This document shows, one piece after another, positions 1-15,189 of a stretch of 64,000 nt of DNA. The position numbers and the translations under genes were made by a program. Every line of letters begins with the position of its first letter. Within the stretch, counting starts at the first letter, position 1. The stretch is taken from assembly GCF_006345805.1 (NCBI RefSeq), contig NC_043022.1, forward strand, positions 22,630,001-22,694,000, given 5' to 3'. The notes beneath the pieces were generated by a model that was not told where the DNA came from, searched no databases, and saw nothing but the letters and a program-made list of their open reading frames with translations. Source of the DNA: Octopus sinensis. Lineage: Eukaryota.

Positions 1-1533
1 ACAAGTTGTTGAGTGGTAGTGGGGGACAAACAGGCATAAACAAACACACATGCACACATGCATATTTATGATGGGCTTCTTTCAATTTCCATTTTCCAAA
101 TCCACTCACAAGGCTTTGGTTAACCTGAGGCATCTTAGAAAATACTAGCCCAAGGTGCCATGCAGTGGGACTGAACCTGGAACCTTTGGCTAGGATATTT
201 TATGTAGCCACAATCAGCCACCAAGGTGGTACACCACGACTATGTTTTTGTTGTCATCCACCCATTACAAATAGCTAAGACATTTAAAAAATATGTTTTA
301 AAGGAAACAACACAGTCTTCAAATAACACCAGACAGTTGTTAATGTAAGATATTAAATATCAAGTGTGGATTACATATGCTGAGGTGTTGTGGCCACTTG
401 TTGAGGACACTTCAGTACAGTGTTTGTAATAATGAGGTCATTAGTATTAAAGACTGATTTCTGTGTGTGAAGAGCATTTTAGTTTACTTGTAGCATCGTG
501 TCTCAGAAATAAAACTACAAATAATGAAGACAGAGAGCTTCTTACTATGTGAAAGGGAAATCCGTTTGTCTGTCCTTGTTTGGCCCCTTGTGGGCAGTAA
601 AGAAATAATAATAAACAGCTGCAGTCTGGACAACTCTCTGCTAGTCAGCTCCATGTCAAACCGTCCAACCCATGCCAACATGGAGAGTGGATGCTGAACA
701 AGGATGCTGTTGCTGTTGAGCGAACGGTCTTCGTTCCAGAGCTCGCAAGATGGGAGAAGTCTGAAACGTGGTCCTTTGCTATTCGTAAGACCCACAGAAG
801 AGAAAGCAGGTCAACCTCCGACACCGAGAGCATCGACGGATGGATGAATGCGCATCCAGGCTCAGCGGTTGCGTAGGAAGTCAGGGACAAGAAACAGGAA
901 GAAAGACTGAGAGAAAGTTGGAGCGAAAGAGTACAACAGGGGTCACCGTCACTCCCTGCCAGAGCCTCGTGGAACTTTAGGTGTTTTCGCTCAATAAACA
1001 CACACAACACCCGGTCTGGGAATCGAAATCGCGATCCTCCGACCGCGAGTTCGCTGCCCTAACCCTTTGGCCATTGCGCCTCCACTGCTGCTGCCGCTGC
1101 TGCTGATGTTGATGGTGATGGTGATGACGATGATGGTGGTGGTGGTGGTGGTGGTGGTGATGATGATGAGGAGGAGGAGGAAGAGAAGTACCAGGCTTGA
1201 AAAGGAAACAACTTCTAGGAGCAATTTGTTTGACTAAAACCCTCCAAGACAGTGCCTCAACATGGTCGCAGTCTAATGACTGAAACAAGTAAAGGACCAA
1301 ATATAAAGGGCATCTCAAAAATGGGGTACAGAGAGAGAAAGAGAAAGAGTGAGAGAATACATGTCGTGTACTTTATGGACACAGAATCTACTGCGTTCCA
1401 GTGATACATAATTTCCTTCGTGGACTCCTCATTGCTGTCATAACAGTGACAGTTGTGTTGGATAAACATAGTCAGCTTTTGTAAACACCAACACATACAC
1501 ATACTAACACATATGTGTAATACATAACACACC

Positions 1534-1571
<38 letters not shown>

Positions 1572-1672
1572 CATGATGCACACACACACACACATATATT
1601 GTCAATCACACACCCACACATACACGACGTATTGATGCCTTTAAGTTGACATAATTATAAAATTTTGTTTAC

Positions 1673-1711
<39 letters not shown>

Positions 1712-1947
1712 TGTATTTGTATGTGTATGTATGTGTGTGTGTGTGTGTATACGTATGTGATTTATTAGCTATAAAGCCACATAAGTGACTCGAGGGCTTT
1801 GAGATTTGTGCCAAAGCACTTACCAAACCCTCAACTCTTGAATTACTTATATTAACAATAATTAATATATGTATGCCTATGTATGTGTGTGTGTGTGTGT
1901 GTGCATATACGTATATACACACACACACACACACATGCGTATATATA

Positions 1948-2006
<59 letters not shown>

Positions 2007-2129
2007 TTTTATTTGTTTTAGTCATTTTGACAGCAGCCATGCAGGAGCAACACCTTTTAGCCAAACAAATCGACCCCCAGGACTTATTCTTTGTAAGCCT
2101 AGTACTTATTCTTTCGGTCTCTTTTGCCA

Positions 2130-2690
2130 AATGGCTGCACCAGGCTCCAGTCTTGATCTGGCAGAGTTTCTACAGCTGGATGCCCTTCCTAACACCAACC
2201 ACTCCGTGAGTGTAGTGGGTGCTTTTTACGTGCCACCTGCACGGGGGCCAGTCAGGCGTTACTGGCAATGACCTCGCTCGAATCTTTTTACAAATGCCAC
2301 CGACACAGGTGCCAGTGAAGTGACGTTGGTAACGATCACGCTCGAATAGTGCCCTTTTATGTGCCACAGGTACGGAAGCCAGTTGGCTGCTCTGGCAACA
2401 ATCATGCTCGGATGGTGTTCTTGGCACCCTACTAGCACAGGCATAAGTGCCAGTAAGGCGACGCTGGTAATGATCATACTCGAATAGCCGCTCTGTCAAC
2501 AATCACACTCGTATGGTGCTCTTTGCACCCCGCTAGCATGGATGCCAGTCATCGAAAAGATTTTGATTTTGATTTGATTTTGATTTTGATTTCACTTGCC
2601 TCAAAAGGTCTTCACAAGCAAAGTTTAGTGACCAAAGAAGGAAAAGCTACGCATAAACGGGCTGGTTATGCTCCTGGCATAGGCCACGGG
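2130..2690 (-). mobile_element. RTE 3' UTR fragment
   Basis: gtttctacagctggatgcccttcc block, degenerate repeat units, cacttgcctcaa..gtcttcacaag as in 28190-28800. Confidence 0.75.
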
Positions 2691-3030
2691 TTATATATAT
2701 ATATAGTTCGGATTTGGATTTGAAGAATCTGCATCAGTTGCTTTTGCACTTTCTTTGCAAAACTTGATATTGCTAAGCTTCTGTGTAAATTTGTCGGTAA
2801 ACCCATGATGATAGGTACATGGACATTTTCCCCTCTTCTTGCACTGTTAGGGAATTTGAGTAAAATTATATTACTGTGTCCAACTGATTAAAAATTCTAT
2901 TTATTTATGCAGCTGAGGATAGCCCTGCATTTAATTGATGTAATGATTGCATTGTTCAATTAAATGGAGCCACTTGAAACAGTCATACTCATCACCTCTT
3001 GATTACATGTTGCTTATTTTGATAATATAT

Positions 3031-3073
<43 letters not shown>

Positions 3074-3074
<1 letters not shown>

Positions 3075-3362
3075 GAGGCACAATGGCCCAGTGGTTAGGG
3101 CAGCAGACTCGCGGTCGTAAGATCGATTCCCAGACCGGGCATTGTGAGTGTTTATTGAGCAAAAACACCTAAAAAAAGCTCCACGAGGCTCCGGCAGGGG
3201 GTGGTGATCCCTGCTGTACTCTTTCACCACTCTTTCTTCTGTTGGCCTGCTCGCTTAGCCAGCGGGGTGGCGTCATTCGAAGGTTAAAACAATGCGAATG
3301 CATTGTGACCAGCAGTGTGTAACAACATCTGATGGTCTGGTCGGTCACGTGATCACGTGATA
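3074..3362 (+). mobile_element. tRNA-derived SINE family C (ggaggc.caatggcccagtggttaggg..cacgtgatcacgtga); related copies near 690, 27135, 34735 and 39010
   Basis: tRNA-like head and shared gctccacgaggctccggcag body in several copies. Confidence 0.85.
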
Positions 3363-3514
3363 TAATATATATATATATATATATTCTGTAATTTGAAATG
3401 TCTTTCATAACATGTCTATGTTTCAGAAGAATACACTGGGGATGGTAAGACAAATGATTTGTAAAGAGCTGATTTTGTGTTGTTATTTATATGTTGTTGG
3501 TGTCAAATAGTGAA

Positions 3515-3850
3515 GGTGCATGGCTCAGTGGTTAGAGCGTTGAGCTTACGATCTTGAGGTTGTGAGTTTGAATCCTGGACTGGGCTGCGTGTTGTGTTCT
3601 TGAGCAAGACACTTTATTTCACGTTGCTCCAGTTCACTCAGCGGTAGAAATGAGTTGCGGCATCACAGGTGCCTAGCTGTACCTGCTGTTGCCTTTCCCT
3701 TGGATAACACTTGTGGCGTGGAGAGGGGAGACAGGTATACATGGGTGACTGCTGGTCTTCCAGAAACAACCTTGCCCAGACTTGTGCCTGAGAGGTTAAC
3801 TTTCTAGGTGCAATCCCACGGTCAGTCATGACCGAAGTGGGGTGAGTCTC
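3515..3850 (+). mobile_element. tRNA-derived SINE family D (ggctcagtggttagagc..ttgtgttcttgagcaagacactt); related copies near 26865, 36242, 52857 and 55620
   Basis: A-box/B-box-like head and shared body across copies. Confidence 0.82.
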
Positions 3851-4387
3851 AGGTGCCAAATGCATGACTAAGTACAAGAGGTGCTCAAATTCTGCATTAC
3901 GAGCAGAGAACCACCGTATATATATTCTATAACTATTGTATTCAATACACTTACAAATAAATTTTGTTAACATGTAGTTTTATATATATATAGTTGTTAC
4001 ATAATATTCACTTCTAAATACATCGTGCATCTAGGTCAGTATGAGTAATAATGTAAACATACAAATATATTTGCATCTATTGAATGCATTTTATCGTGAC
4101 CACCTCAAATTATGGTTTCACATAAAAATATTTTTCAAATTAAATAATAGGCACCCTGGTTCACTTTTCACTTTATTTATTCACGTGTTGAATTGGCACA
4201 TGAGTCATGTATGTGTGTAAAGAGATTTCAGTACATCAACAACAGCCTTTCACTTTATGGCACACGAAAAACCTAAATGCTTTCTGTAAATTCTAACCCC
4301 ACACGGTAAATCTAACCTTAAATGTTTGTCCGAAATCCCATCTCTAAACCCCCAGCCAAGCATGGGCAACATATTTTGAGAATTTTG

Positions 4388-4690
4388 ACAAGTCAGTCAG
4401 TCACCGGCTGACACTCGCTGACGATACATCGAAGAGGCCAGGGAACAGAAGAAAGAATAAGAAAGAAGACATGCACCCAACACCAGAGTTGAAGACACCT
4501 CCGAAAGGAGGGGCCCTGCAACGTCAAAACGGTAGAGGAGTAGGGGCCGAAACCGGACATGGTTCCTCCTGATGATGTCTTGAGCTAAATGGATCCTATA
4601 AAGGAGCTGTTGTGGTAGCAGACCACGAAACACAGTTGTAATTCCTTCCTGAGTAGCACAGCGATCTATGTTTCCGATTAACCTAGGAAC
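4388..4690 (+). repeat. Unclassified dispersed repeat; second copy at 56361-56620
   Basis: tttgacaagtcagtcagtcac.ggctgacactcgctgacgatacatcgaagaggcc...ggatcctataaaggagctgttgtggtagcagacc shared. Confidence 0.8.
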
Positions 4691-4735
4691 AGAAAATGAA
4701 ATTGAAGTTCTGGTTATTGTGGATGTTGTTACACT

Positions 4736-5131
4736 TTAACCCTTTCATTAACAACCTGGCTGAAACCGGCTCTGGCTCTGAGTACAAATGTCTTGTTTTC
4801 ATAAGATTTGAATTAAAATCTTCCACCAAACCTTAGTCACAATTTATGTTCCTAACACGAGCTGAATGATAACTAAGTTATTTTACTAAATTCTTTGTTA
4901 TATTTAAAAGTAATTGAAAGAAACACAGAGCATCTCAACACAAATATGGTAACAAATGTCTTGTTTTCATAAGTTTTGAATTAAAATCTTCCACCAAACC
5001 TTAGTCACAATTTATGTTCCTAACACTAGCTGAATGATAACTATGTTATTTTACTAAATTCTTTGTTATATTTAAAGTAATTGAAAGAAACACAGAGCAT
5101 CTTAAAATAAATACAGTAACAAACATGTTAA
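4736..5131. mobile_element. Same piggyBac-type MITE with an internal tandem duplication
   Basis: TTAAccctt start; internal block ttccaccaaaccttagtcacaatttatgttcc repeated twice. Confidence 0.75.
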
Positions 5132-5758
5132 AGATCATAGAACATGCAAGCGATGCAAAGTAGAGCTGAAGTGTTTTGGGAGTAGATTACGGATAATGAC
5201 TACAAAATATAGTTGTTTTATATGAAAGTAAAATTTCTTGTCAGAAACTGCCTCATCAATGGTGTAAGGAAACTGAAGGAAGACGTTGAAACTTCCACTC
5301 TGCAAGTTTATTTTATTCGGTAAAAGAGACCGATAGAATAAGTACAGGGCTTACAAAGAATAAGTCCTGGAGTCGATTTGCTCGACTAAAGGCGGTGCTC
5401 CAGCATGGCCACAGTCAAATGACTGAAACAAGTAAGAGGGTAAAGAGTAAAAAAAGAGTATGAGCAGCTTTGTATGTTTTGCTTTATGTATGTACTTTAT
5501 GTATACTTTATGTATACTTTATGCATGTACTCTCATGCATATACTTGCATATTTAGACATGCTCATATATGCACGTATGTATCTATGTATGTATGTGGTG
5601 ACTGCTCCATTGTCATAGCTGATTGCTGTCTCCTTGTACTTCCTCAGTGCCAATAGCATTTCTGACTTTCCATCCATGACCTCTCAGATGACCATTCACT
5701 CTTGTTGCAGATCTGCAGGTTTTGAAGCATAGCTGGCAGATGAGAGTTGTATCTTACT

Positions 5759-6180
5759 GGGATCTTTTCGGTTTGATCGGCAGTTTTTTAGAATAATTTC
5801 CATGTAACTAAACACTTTTAAACTTCGTATACAGGTAGAATGTGTTTATAAAACATCTTTTTCTCTTGGCTTTATTGAGAAAATTCTATAGTTTGTAAGA
5901 TATTTGTTGTTTATTTTCTTCAATTACTGCAATTTCAACCAATCAGTGACGTCTATTGAGGTAAAAAAAAACATTCTGTGCCGTATGAAAATGTCCCTCG
6001 TTTAAGAAACAGATTGGGTTTATTTACATTTCTGAAGAAAAAAAGATACCCTTCCCCCCACCCCTAACCCTAACCCTAAAACAGATTGAAATGCAATAGA
6101 TCGATACTAGGGTAATAATTATGGGTGACAATTTCATATGACACCGCTAGAAAAAACTGCCGTTCAAACCGAAAAGATCC
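5759..6180. mobile_element. ~420-bp TIR MITE with internal (TAACCC)n
   Basis: TIR ggatcttttcggtttga.cggcagtttt / aaaactgccgttcaaaccgaaaagatcc. Confidence 0.85.
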
Positions 6181-6477
6181 GAAATATGTATTCTTCCCAC
6201 TGATTAGGTCAACACACATCGCCACTCTTAAATCACCAGAGGACTTTCAGTAAATAGAATGACAAATGAGGTCACCATAAAGAGACTTTCTGTGTCATTG
6301 TATTATAGTGATAAATGCTTGTATGACCTGAGTATCATTTTCTGTGTATGATTAATACCAAGTATGAATTAGTAGCAAGTGACAGGCCGAAGCAAGATGA
6401 CTAGTATTGACCTGTATTTAAAAACCACAGTTTTACATCAAAGTGTCCTTCTAGAAGTGTGCTGTAATAACAAGTAA

Positions 6478-6677
6478 GGGTCCCTCACTCCCAGTGGTTT
6501 TAATGTGGGCCCTGACACCAAGGATCCCTCACTCCCGGTGGTTTTAATGCGGGCCCTGACACCAAGAGTCCCTCACTCCCGGTGGTTTTAATGCGGGCCC
6601 TGATACCAAGGGTCCCTCACTCCCAGTGGTTTTAATGCGGGCCCTGACACCAAGGGTCCCTCATTCCCAGTGGTTTT
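6478..6677. repeat. 44-bp GC-rich minisatellite, ~4.5 copies
   Basis: Unit gggtccctcactcccagtggttttaatgcgggccctgacaccaa. Confidence 0.92.
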
Positions 6678-7764
6678 ATATATTATATATATATTATATA
6701 ATATATTATATATATATATATATATATATAGTCCAACCCATGCTAGCATGGAAAACGGACACTAAACAATGATGATGATGATGATGATGATATATATTAC
6801 TCTTTTACTTGTTTCAGTCATTTGACTGTGGCCATGCTGGAGCACTGCATTTATGTAATAGCATTACTTTGAAATGATGAATAGCATGTTTTTATTAAAT
6901 AATTTTGTTTTTTAAATTTTATATAAAAAGGAAACTTTATATAAAAAGAATTTTTTTAGGGAGCCCACTTTGAGAAAGACAGTCCTTGATCCTCAATTAG
7001 AATGTAACAGAAACAGGTCAAGTCTGAGTATTGATGGCTGCATTGATGTGTGATGAAAAATAAGTTTGATTTGAAATGATAAAAATTTTAGGAATTTCCT
7101 ATTTAGAGAGCTTTTGAACAACAGTATTATGTCCATTTGATAATTCCATGTCTACACAAAAATAGAAGGTCTGGGGTACTATCGCTTGGCAGGCAGCCAA
7201 ACAAGTTTGTTTCTCAACAGATAACATTGTAGTTGTTTGTTACTATATTGATAATGCTGAGAAATCAAATGTTGGTAATTTATTAGATGTAAATACAAGT
7301 ACGTGTGAAATGGATTCCAACAAACTACAGGCTGTTTCTTTACAGCTTTTCTTGAGGAAGTTGGTTGGAATTTGATCAGAACAAATGACTTCCATAGGAT
7401 TCTGTTACTGCACACTATCTTCATGACTACATAATTACACTTTGAGTGAAACCTGTAAAGTAATGATAATAATAATGATAATTTTGATGATGATGATGAT
7501 GATATATTGGGTGAATATGTATACACACATGTACATGCGCATGCACACACACACACACATGTCTACATATACACACATATGTACATGCATATGTATCTAT
7601 ATCTACATTCATATTTTTATAGAATAAGTACTAGGCTTACAAAGAATAAGTCCTGGGGTCGATTTTCTCAACTAAAAAAGGTGGTGCTCCAGCATGGCCA
7701 CAGTCAAATGACTGAAACAAGTAAAAGAGTAAATATATATATATTTATATATAAATATATATAT

Positions 7765-8209
7765 ATTCATATATATATATAAATATATATGTGCAGCTTT
7801 CGGGCTCCCCAGACCCCAGTTGAACCGTCCAACCCATGCTAGCATGGAAAGCGGACGTTAAATGATGATGATGATGATGATATATATATTTATATATAAG
7901 AGTATATATATATACCGAGAGGCAGAAACACATGCCTTGCTCTGGAGGAGGTACATGGTTACCTAGCCACAGTGTGAGAAGTGGGAGAGAGAGAGAGAGG
8001 AAAAAAGAGAGGGGAAAGAAGAGAGAGAAAGAGAGAGGGAGATAGACAAACAAATAGGTAGATAGATAGAGGGAGAGATAGATAGATAGACAGACAGACA
8101 CAGATAGATAGACAAACAGATATAGATTGATATATATATATATACATATATATAGTATATATATACACATACATATATATATACACATACATATATATAT
8201 ATATGGATG

Positions 8210-8272
<63 letters not shown>

Positions 8273-9445
8273 GGAGAGACAGGCAGACAGACAGATAGAT
8301 ATACATATATTTGAATATATGTGTCAGATCAGAGTACTTTAAAATATGGTGCCCCATAATTTTAATTTCAAACAACCTAAGCTTAGTCTAAGCATATTTA
8401 CCAAGCCACCTTTGTACATCTATTTGACAATAGAGATCAAGGGCAGTAATACGTGACCCATTGTTTATCACCAAGTCTTTCATACACAGACAGGTTTCTC
8501 AAACATCAAAGAAACTTGACAGGTATTTGTGGATCAAGTTACCATTATATACATACATATATGTGTGTGTGTGTATAAATATATATACATATACTTATAT
8601 ATATATATGCTTTATTTAAATAAAGCATATTACTCTACCTCTGGTATTTGAGTACTCTTTTTTTTCCACCTTGTTTCACGTTTATGTGTTTACTCCGGTA
8701 TATATATATATACAAAATTAAGAGGAATGACCACTAAAGTAGACACCTAATATGCTAAACATAGACGTCAAATCGCCATTACCACGAAGAGTGTGTTCTG
8801 AAGAAAAATCTCAGCAAAATGCCAATATATATATACATACATATATTTTTTTTTATGTACACACACACATATATATATATCACATGATCACATGACCGAC
8901 CAGGCTATCAGATGTTGCTACACATCGCTGGTCACAATGCTCTTCGCATTGTTTTAGCCTTCAAATGACGCCACCCCGCTGGCTAAGCGAGCAGGCCAAT
9001 ATATATATATATATATATAATATATATGTGCAGCTTTCGGGCTCCCCAGACCCCAGTTGAACCGTCCAACCCATGCTAGCATGGAAAGCGGACGTTAAAT
9101 GATGATGATGATGATGATATATATATTTATATATAAGAGTATATATATATACCGAGAGGCAGAAACACATGCCTTGCTCTGGAGGAGGTACATGGTTACC
9201 TAGCCACAGTGTGAGAAGTGGGAGAGAGAGAGAGAGGAAAAAAGAGAGGGGAAAGAAGAGAGAGAAAGAGAGAGGGAGATAGACAAACAAATAGGTAGAT
9301 AGATAGAGGGAGAGATAGATAGATAGACAGACAGACACAGATAGATAGACAAACAGATATAGATTGATATATATATATATACATATATATAGTATATTAT
9401 ACACATACATATATATATACACATACATATATATATATATGGATG

Positions 9446-9508
<63 letters not shown>

Positions 9509-10240
9509 GAGAGACAGGCAGACAGACAGATAGATATACATATATTTGAATATATGTGTCAGATCAGAGTACTTTAAAATATGGTGCCCCATAATTTTAA
9601 TTTCAAACAACCTAAGCTTAGTCTAAGCATATTTACCAAGCCACCTTTGTACATCTATTTGACAATAGAGATCAAGGGCAGTAATACGTGACCCATTGTT
9701 TATCACCAAGTCTTTCATACACAGACAGGTTTCTCAAACATCAAAGAAACTTGACAGGTATTTGTGGATCAAGTTACCATTATATACATACATATATGTG
9801 TGTGTGTGTATAAATATATATACATATACTTATATATATATATATGCTTTATTTAAATAAAGCATATTACTCTACCTCTGGTATTTGAGTACTCTTTTTT
9901 TCCACCTTGTTTCACGTTTATGTGTTTACTCCGGTATATATATATATACAAAATTAAGAGGAATGACCACTAAAGTAGACACCTAATATGCTAAACATAG
10001 ACGTCAAATCGCCATTACCACGAAGAGTGTGTTCTGAAGAAAAATCTCAGCAAAATGCCAATATATATATACATACATATATTTTTTTTTATGTACACAC
10101 ACACATATATATATATCACATGATCACATGACCGACCAGGCTATCAGATGTTGCTACACATCGCTGGTCACAATGCTCTTCGCATTGTTTTAGCCTTCAA
10201 ATGACGCCACCCCGCTGGCTAAGCGAGCAGGCCAATATAT
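7765..10240. repeat. ~1.24-kb direct tandem duplication
   Basis: gtgcagctttcgggctcccc at 7791 and 9028; gcgagcaggccaat ending at 9000 and 10236; copies differ mainly in microsatellite length. Confidence 0.92.
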
Positions 10241-10700
10241 ATATATATATATATAATATGCTCAAATCACACGCCAAACATATTTTGGGGAAAAAATACA
10301 GAAAACAAATAGGGTTCCAAGTGAAAAGATGCCACATAAAAAGCATTGGTGTGGGTGGTAGGGTTATGTAAAAAGCACCCAGTACACTCTGTAAAGTGGT
10401 TGGCATTAGGAAGGGCATCCAGCTATAGAAAGAAACCAAGCCAAAGCAGATTATGGAATCTGCTGGGCCCCTGGTCTTGCCAATTCCTGTCAAGCTGTCA
10501 ACCCTTGCCAGCATGGAAAGCGGAGGTTAATTGATGGTGGTGGTGGTGGTGATGATGATGAAAACGATACTAATGACCTGATGTTAGAACTCAATATAGA
10601 TGTACTTCAGTACAATGCATCAGTTGAGTACAGGGCAGTATTAAGAAAGACAAGGAAATAAGAAGTTTATATCATGAACTTCATTATATGTATATCCATA

Positions 10701-11420
10701 TACAGGGTGTCCCAAAAGTCACTGATGGGTTTCAATTTTGAATAACTTCCTTAACTTTACAGATAAATGCATGAAATTTTGATACAATACAAAGGACATA
10801 ATGGAAATTAATATGCACAAGTCAAATTGTGCAACACCACCGTATCACATATGAAAAATGGCAATTTAATATCACCTGAAGAAATACGACTGGATTACAT
10901 TATACAAGTAAACTGTTACATAATCAAATTCCTGTATATATGTGGATTTATGTTGTATGGAAACGTATGTAGTGATTAAAAAATAACTGTCCAACTGTAC
11001 TCCTTATTGTTGACTAATACAGGGTGTCCCAAAAGTCACCGGTGGGTTTCAATTTTTAATAACTTCCTTAACTTTACAGATAAATGCATAAAATTTTGAT
11101 ACAATATAAAGGACATAATGGAAATTAATATGCACAAGTCAACTTTTGCAACACCATTACATCACATATAAAACATGGCATCACTTAAATGGCAGCCATT
11201 TTCAGCTTTGCACACGTGTGCTCTTTCCAAAACTTGTACCATAACACCCTCAAGAGTTTCAAACCACACTTCTCTGATTTTTCTATTAATGTTCTCCTCC
11301 TGTTGCACCAGGGTCTCCAGTTTGTTGACGTAAACCCTCTCTTTCTGGTGTCCTCTGTGATGTGAGGTCCGTATGGTTGGCATATTTTCCCTTTCATTTC
11401 GTTCATAAACGGAAGCTTAT
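10701..11420 (-). mobile_element. Tc1/mariner-superfamily 3' relic with a tandemly duplicated terminal region
   Basis: KERVYVNKLETL..VLERAHVCKAENGCHLSD at 11162-11380; TIR-like tacagggtgtcccaaaagtcac at both 10701 and 11018. Confidence 0.75.
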
Positions 11421-11720
11421 TATCTATCTCAACTCAACTACACATGCATACATATATAAAGAACGTACATGAGGCATACATAAGCACATGCATATATATG
11501 TGCGTGTGTGTGTAACATAGATATTCATACATATATTTATATACATACAAACGTAGATACAGATTCATAGACACACACATTTGTCTTAGTCTTTCACAGC
11601 TGTCGGATCTTTGTCCGCTCTCTTCCAATCTGTCTAATTATCTATCTATCTATCTACCTATGTCTGTCTACCTATATCTATCTATCTGCCTGTCTGTCTA
11701 TCTATCTATCTGCCTGTCTG

Positions 11721-11782
<62 letters not shown>

Positions 11783-11831
11783 GACCTATGTCTGTCTACC
11801 TATATCTTATCTGCCTGTCTAGCTGTCTATC

Positions 11832-11889
<58 letters not shown>

Positions 11890-12279
11890 TCTAATAATAT
11901 TTTATATATATATATATATATATATCTTTCTATCTATATCTATCTACCTACTTACCTACCTGTCTGTCTGTCTATCTATCTACTTATACCTGTCTTTGTG
12001 TGTGTGTGCGTGCGTGCATGAGTATCTGTGTTTCTCAATGCAACAGCATGTGCCGTGATGACGGGATAGGAGGAAGACACCACAGACAGACAGACCTCAC
12101 CATTAAGTACACAAATACAAAGGAAGGGAGCTGCTGCCAGACTTAGAGGTTTCACTTCCGTCCGACCGCCGTATTGTGTCTACGTGCGTACATACATGCG
12201 TGTATGTATGTATGTGTCAGTGTAGTCCGTCATCTGTATGTGTTAGCCTATCTCTGCATTTGTGTGTATGTAACACATC

Positions 12280-12570
12280 TAGAGTAGTGTATGTGTGTCT
12301 TGTCTATGCAGCACGTCTAAGACAGTGTGTGTATTTCTGTGTCTGTGCATGTGTGACACGTCTAGGCTACTGTGTGTCTGTATTCCTATATGCGTGTGTA
12401 TTTCTGTGCATGTGTGACACGTCTGGGCTAGTGTGTGTGTGTGTGTATGTGTGTGTATTCCTATATGCGTATGTATTTCTGTGCATGTGTGAGACGTCTA
12501 GGCTAGTGTGTGTGTGTGTGTGTATTCCTATATGCGTGTGTATTTCTGTGTCTAGGCTAGTGTGTGTATG
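12280..12570. repeat. Degenerate ~60-bp GT-rich minisatellite
   Basis: Recurring acacgtctaggctagtgtg..gtattcctatatgcgt. Confidence 0.75.
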
Positions 12571-13539
12571 TGTGCAACACGTGTACCGTAATGTTTGTGT
12601 ATGTGTGTGCAGCACATGTAATGTTTGTAAACATATTTGTGCGTGTTATTGTATGAGTCTGTGCGGATATGTTCTGTGTGTTTATGCAAATAGAATGAAA
12701 GAGAGAGACCCTACACATTCTTATACACGGCAGATTCCCCGCGCAAACATATACATAATACTAACATTTAAACGTACACACACACATACACATGCATACA
12801 TATATATAGTAGCGTGTATATATGCGTACATACATGTCTCAATACGCATTCTTAATGTTTGTACGCATGGTCGAGGGAGGAAGTTCTATGCATGTGTACT
12901 TAAGGTAGGAGGTCTGTATATGTGTATACAGATGTGTGTGGTGGAGGTGGTATATATATATATATATATATATATATACTGGATTGCAATGGAAAATTTC
13001 ATTAAATACGCGGGAAACTCGAAATCTTGTTTGCGTGTATTTCCTATAGTATTGGAAAATTCTGATATCTGCCAGGCTAGGACCTAACAACATATCGTTG
13101 TGACAGAACCAGTTATCATAAAATATTAGAAGCCTAAAACTAAACTATAATTCCTACGCGAAGATGTCCTCCTTGAAAATTTTCGGTTATTTATTTCAAT
13201 AAATTATACCAATGGTCTACACCATGTATGTATGTATGTATGTATGTTTGTATGTGTGAGTGTATGTATGTATGTATGTATGTATGTATGTATGTGTGTG
13301 TGTGTGTATGAATGTATGCATGTATGTGTGTATGTATATGTGTGTGTGTGTATGAATGTATGTGTGCATGTGTGTGTGTATATGCATGCATGTATGTATG
13401 TGTATGTATATGTATGTATGCATGTGTGTGTATATATATGTATGTATGCCTGCCACTTTCTTCCGGCCATTACATCATGTTGAACCGTTAATCCCTACAC
13501 ATTTTTTTTCTGTCTCAGTCTCTTTCCCCCTCTGAATCC

Positions 13540-13573
13540 TTTCTGTCGAAGAGCGTAGCCTCGAAACGTCAAA
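13540..13573 (+). ncRNA. Degenerate minimal hammerhead-like motif (A6U, extra A)
   Basis: uuu-CUGUCGA-A-GAGC guag CCUC-GAA-ACGU-C^-aaa; same repeat family as 27821-28095. Confidence 0.4.
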
Positions 13574-13679
13574 CACATTTTCCATTCTTCCCGAGCGCTA
13601 AACTAATACATCTGTTTGTTGTTCCCCACCTATCTTCGACTTTTTCTGTAAATTTGAACTATTTATGCACCCACACACA

Positions 13680-15180
<1,501 letters not shown>

Positions 15181-15189
15181 TTTATTTTT

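Noticed and set aside
977-1318. Poly-His/poly-Gln ORF
   Set aside because: Trinucleotide microsatellites between SINE fragments
1400-1470. + strand IHNFLRGLLIAVITVTVVLDKH as an MFS N-terminal exon
   Set aside because: Only superficial similarity to MFS TM4, weak donor, and no phase-compatible neighbouring exons found
3074-3160. tRNA gene calls at SINE heads (here and at similar sites)
   Set aside because: A/B boxes are present but no complete cloverleaf or acceptor stem; each continues into a SINE body
5270-5310. ctgaaggaagacgttgaaac as a hammerhead
   Set aside because: A9 is not conserved, there is no stem III/cleavage triplet and no stem I closure
6059-6080. TAACCC repeats as a chromosome end or fusion site
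   Set aside because: Only 2-4 units and always internal to a dispersed MITE
6961-7017. + strand 57-nt phase 2->2 segment (EPTLRKTVLDPQLECNRN) as the exon preceding 19553
   Set aside because: Splice sites are plausible but there is no MFS similarity and it lies across the assembly gap; cannot be supported without transcripts
12176-13087. 303-aa Cys/Val-rich ORF as a metallothionein- or keratin-like protein
   Set aside because: Product of (GT)n and a GT-rich minisatellite; no splice context or recognisable domain
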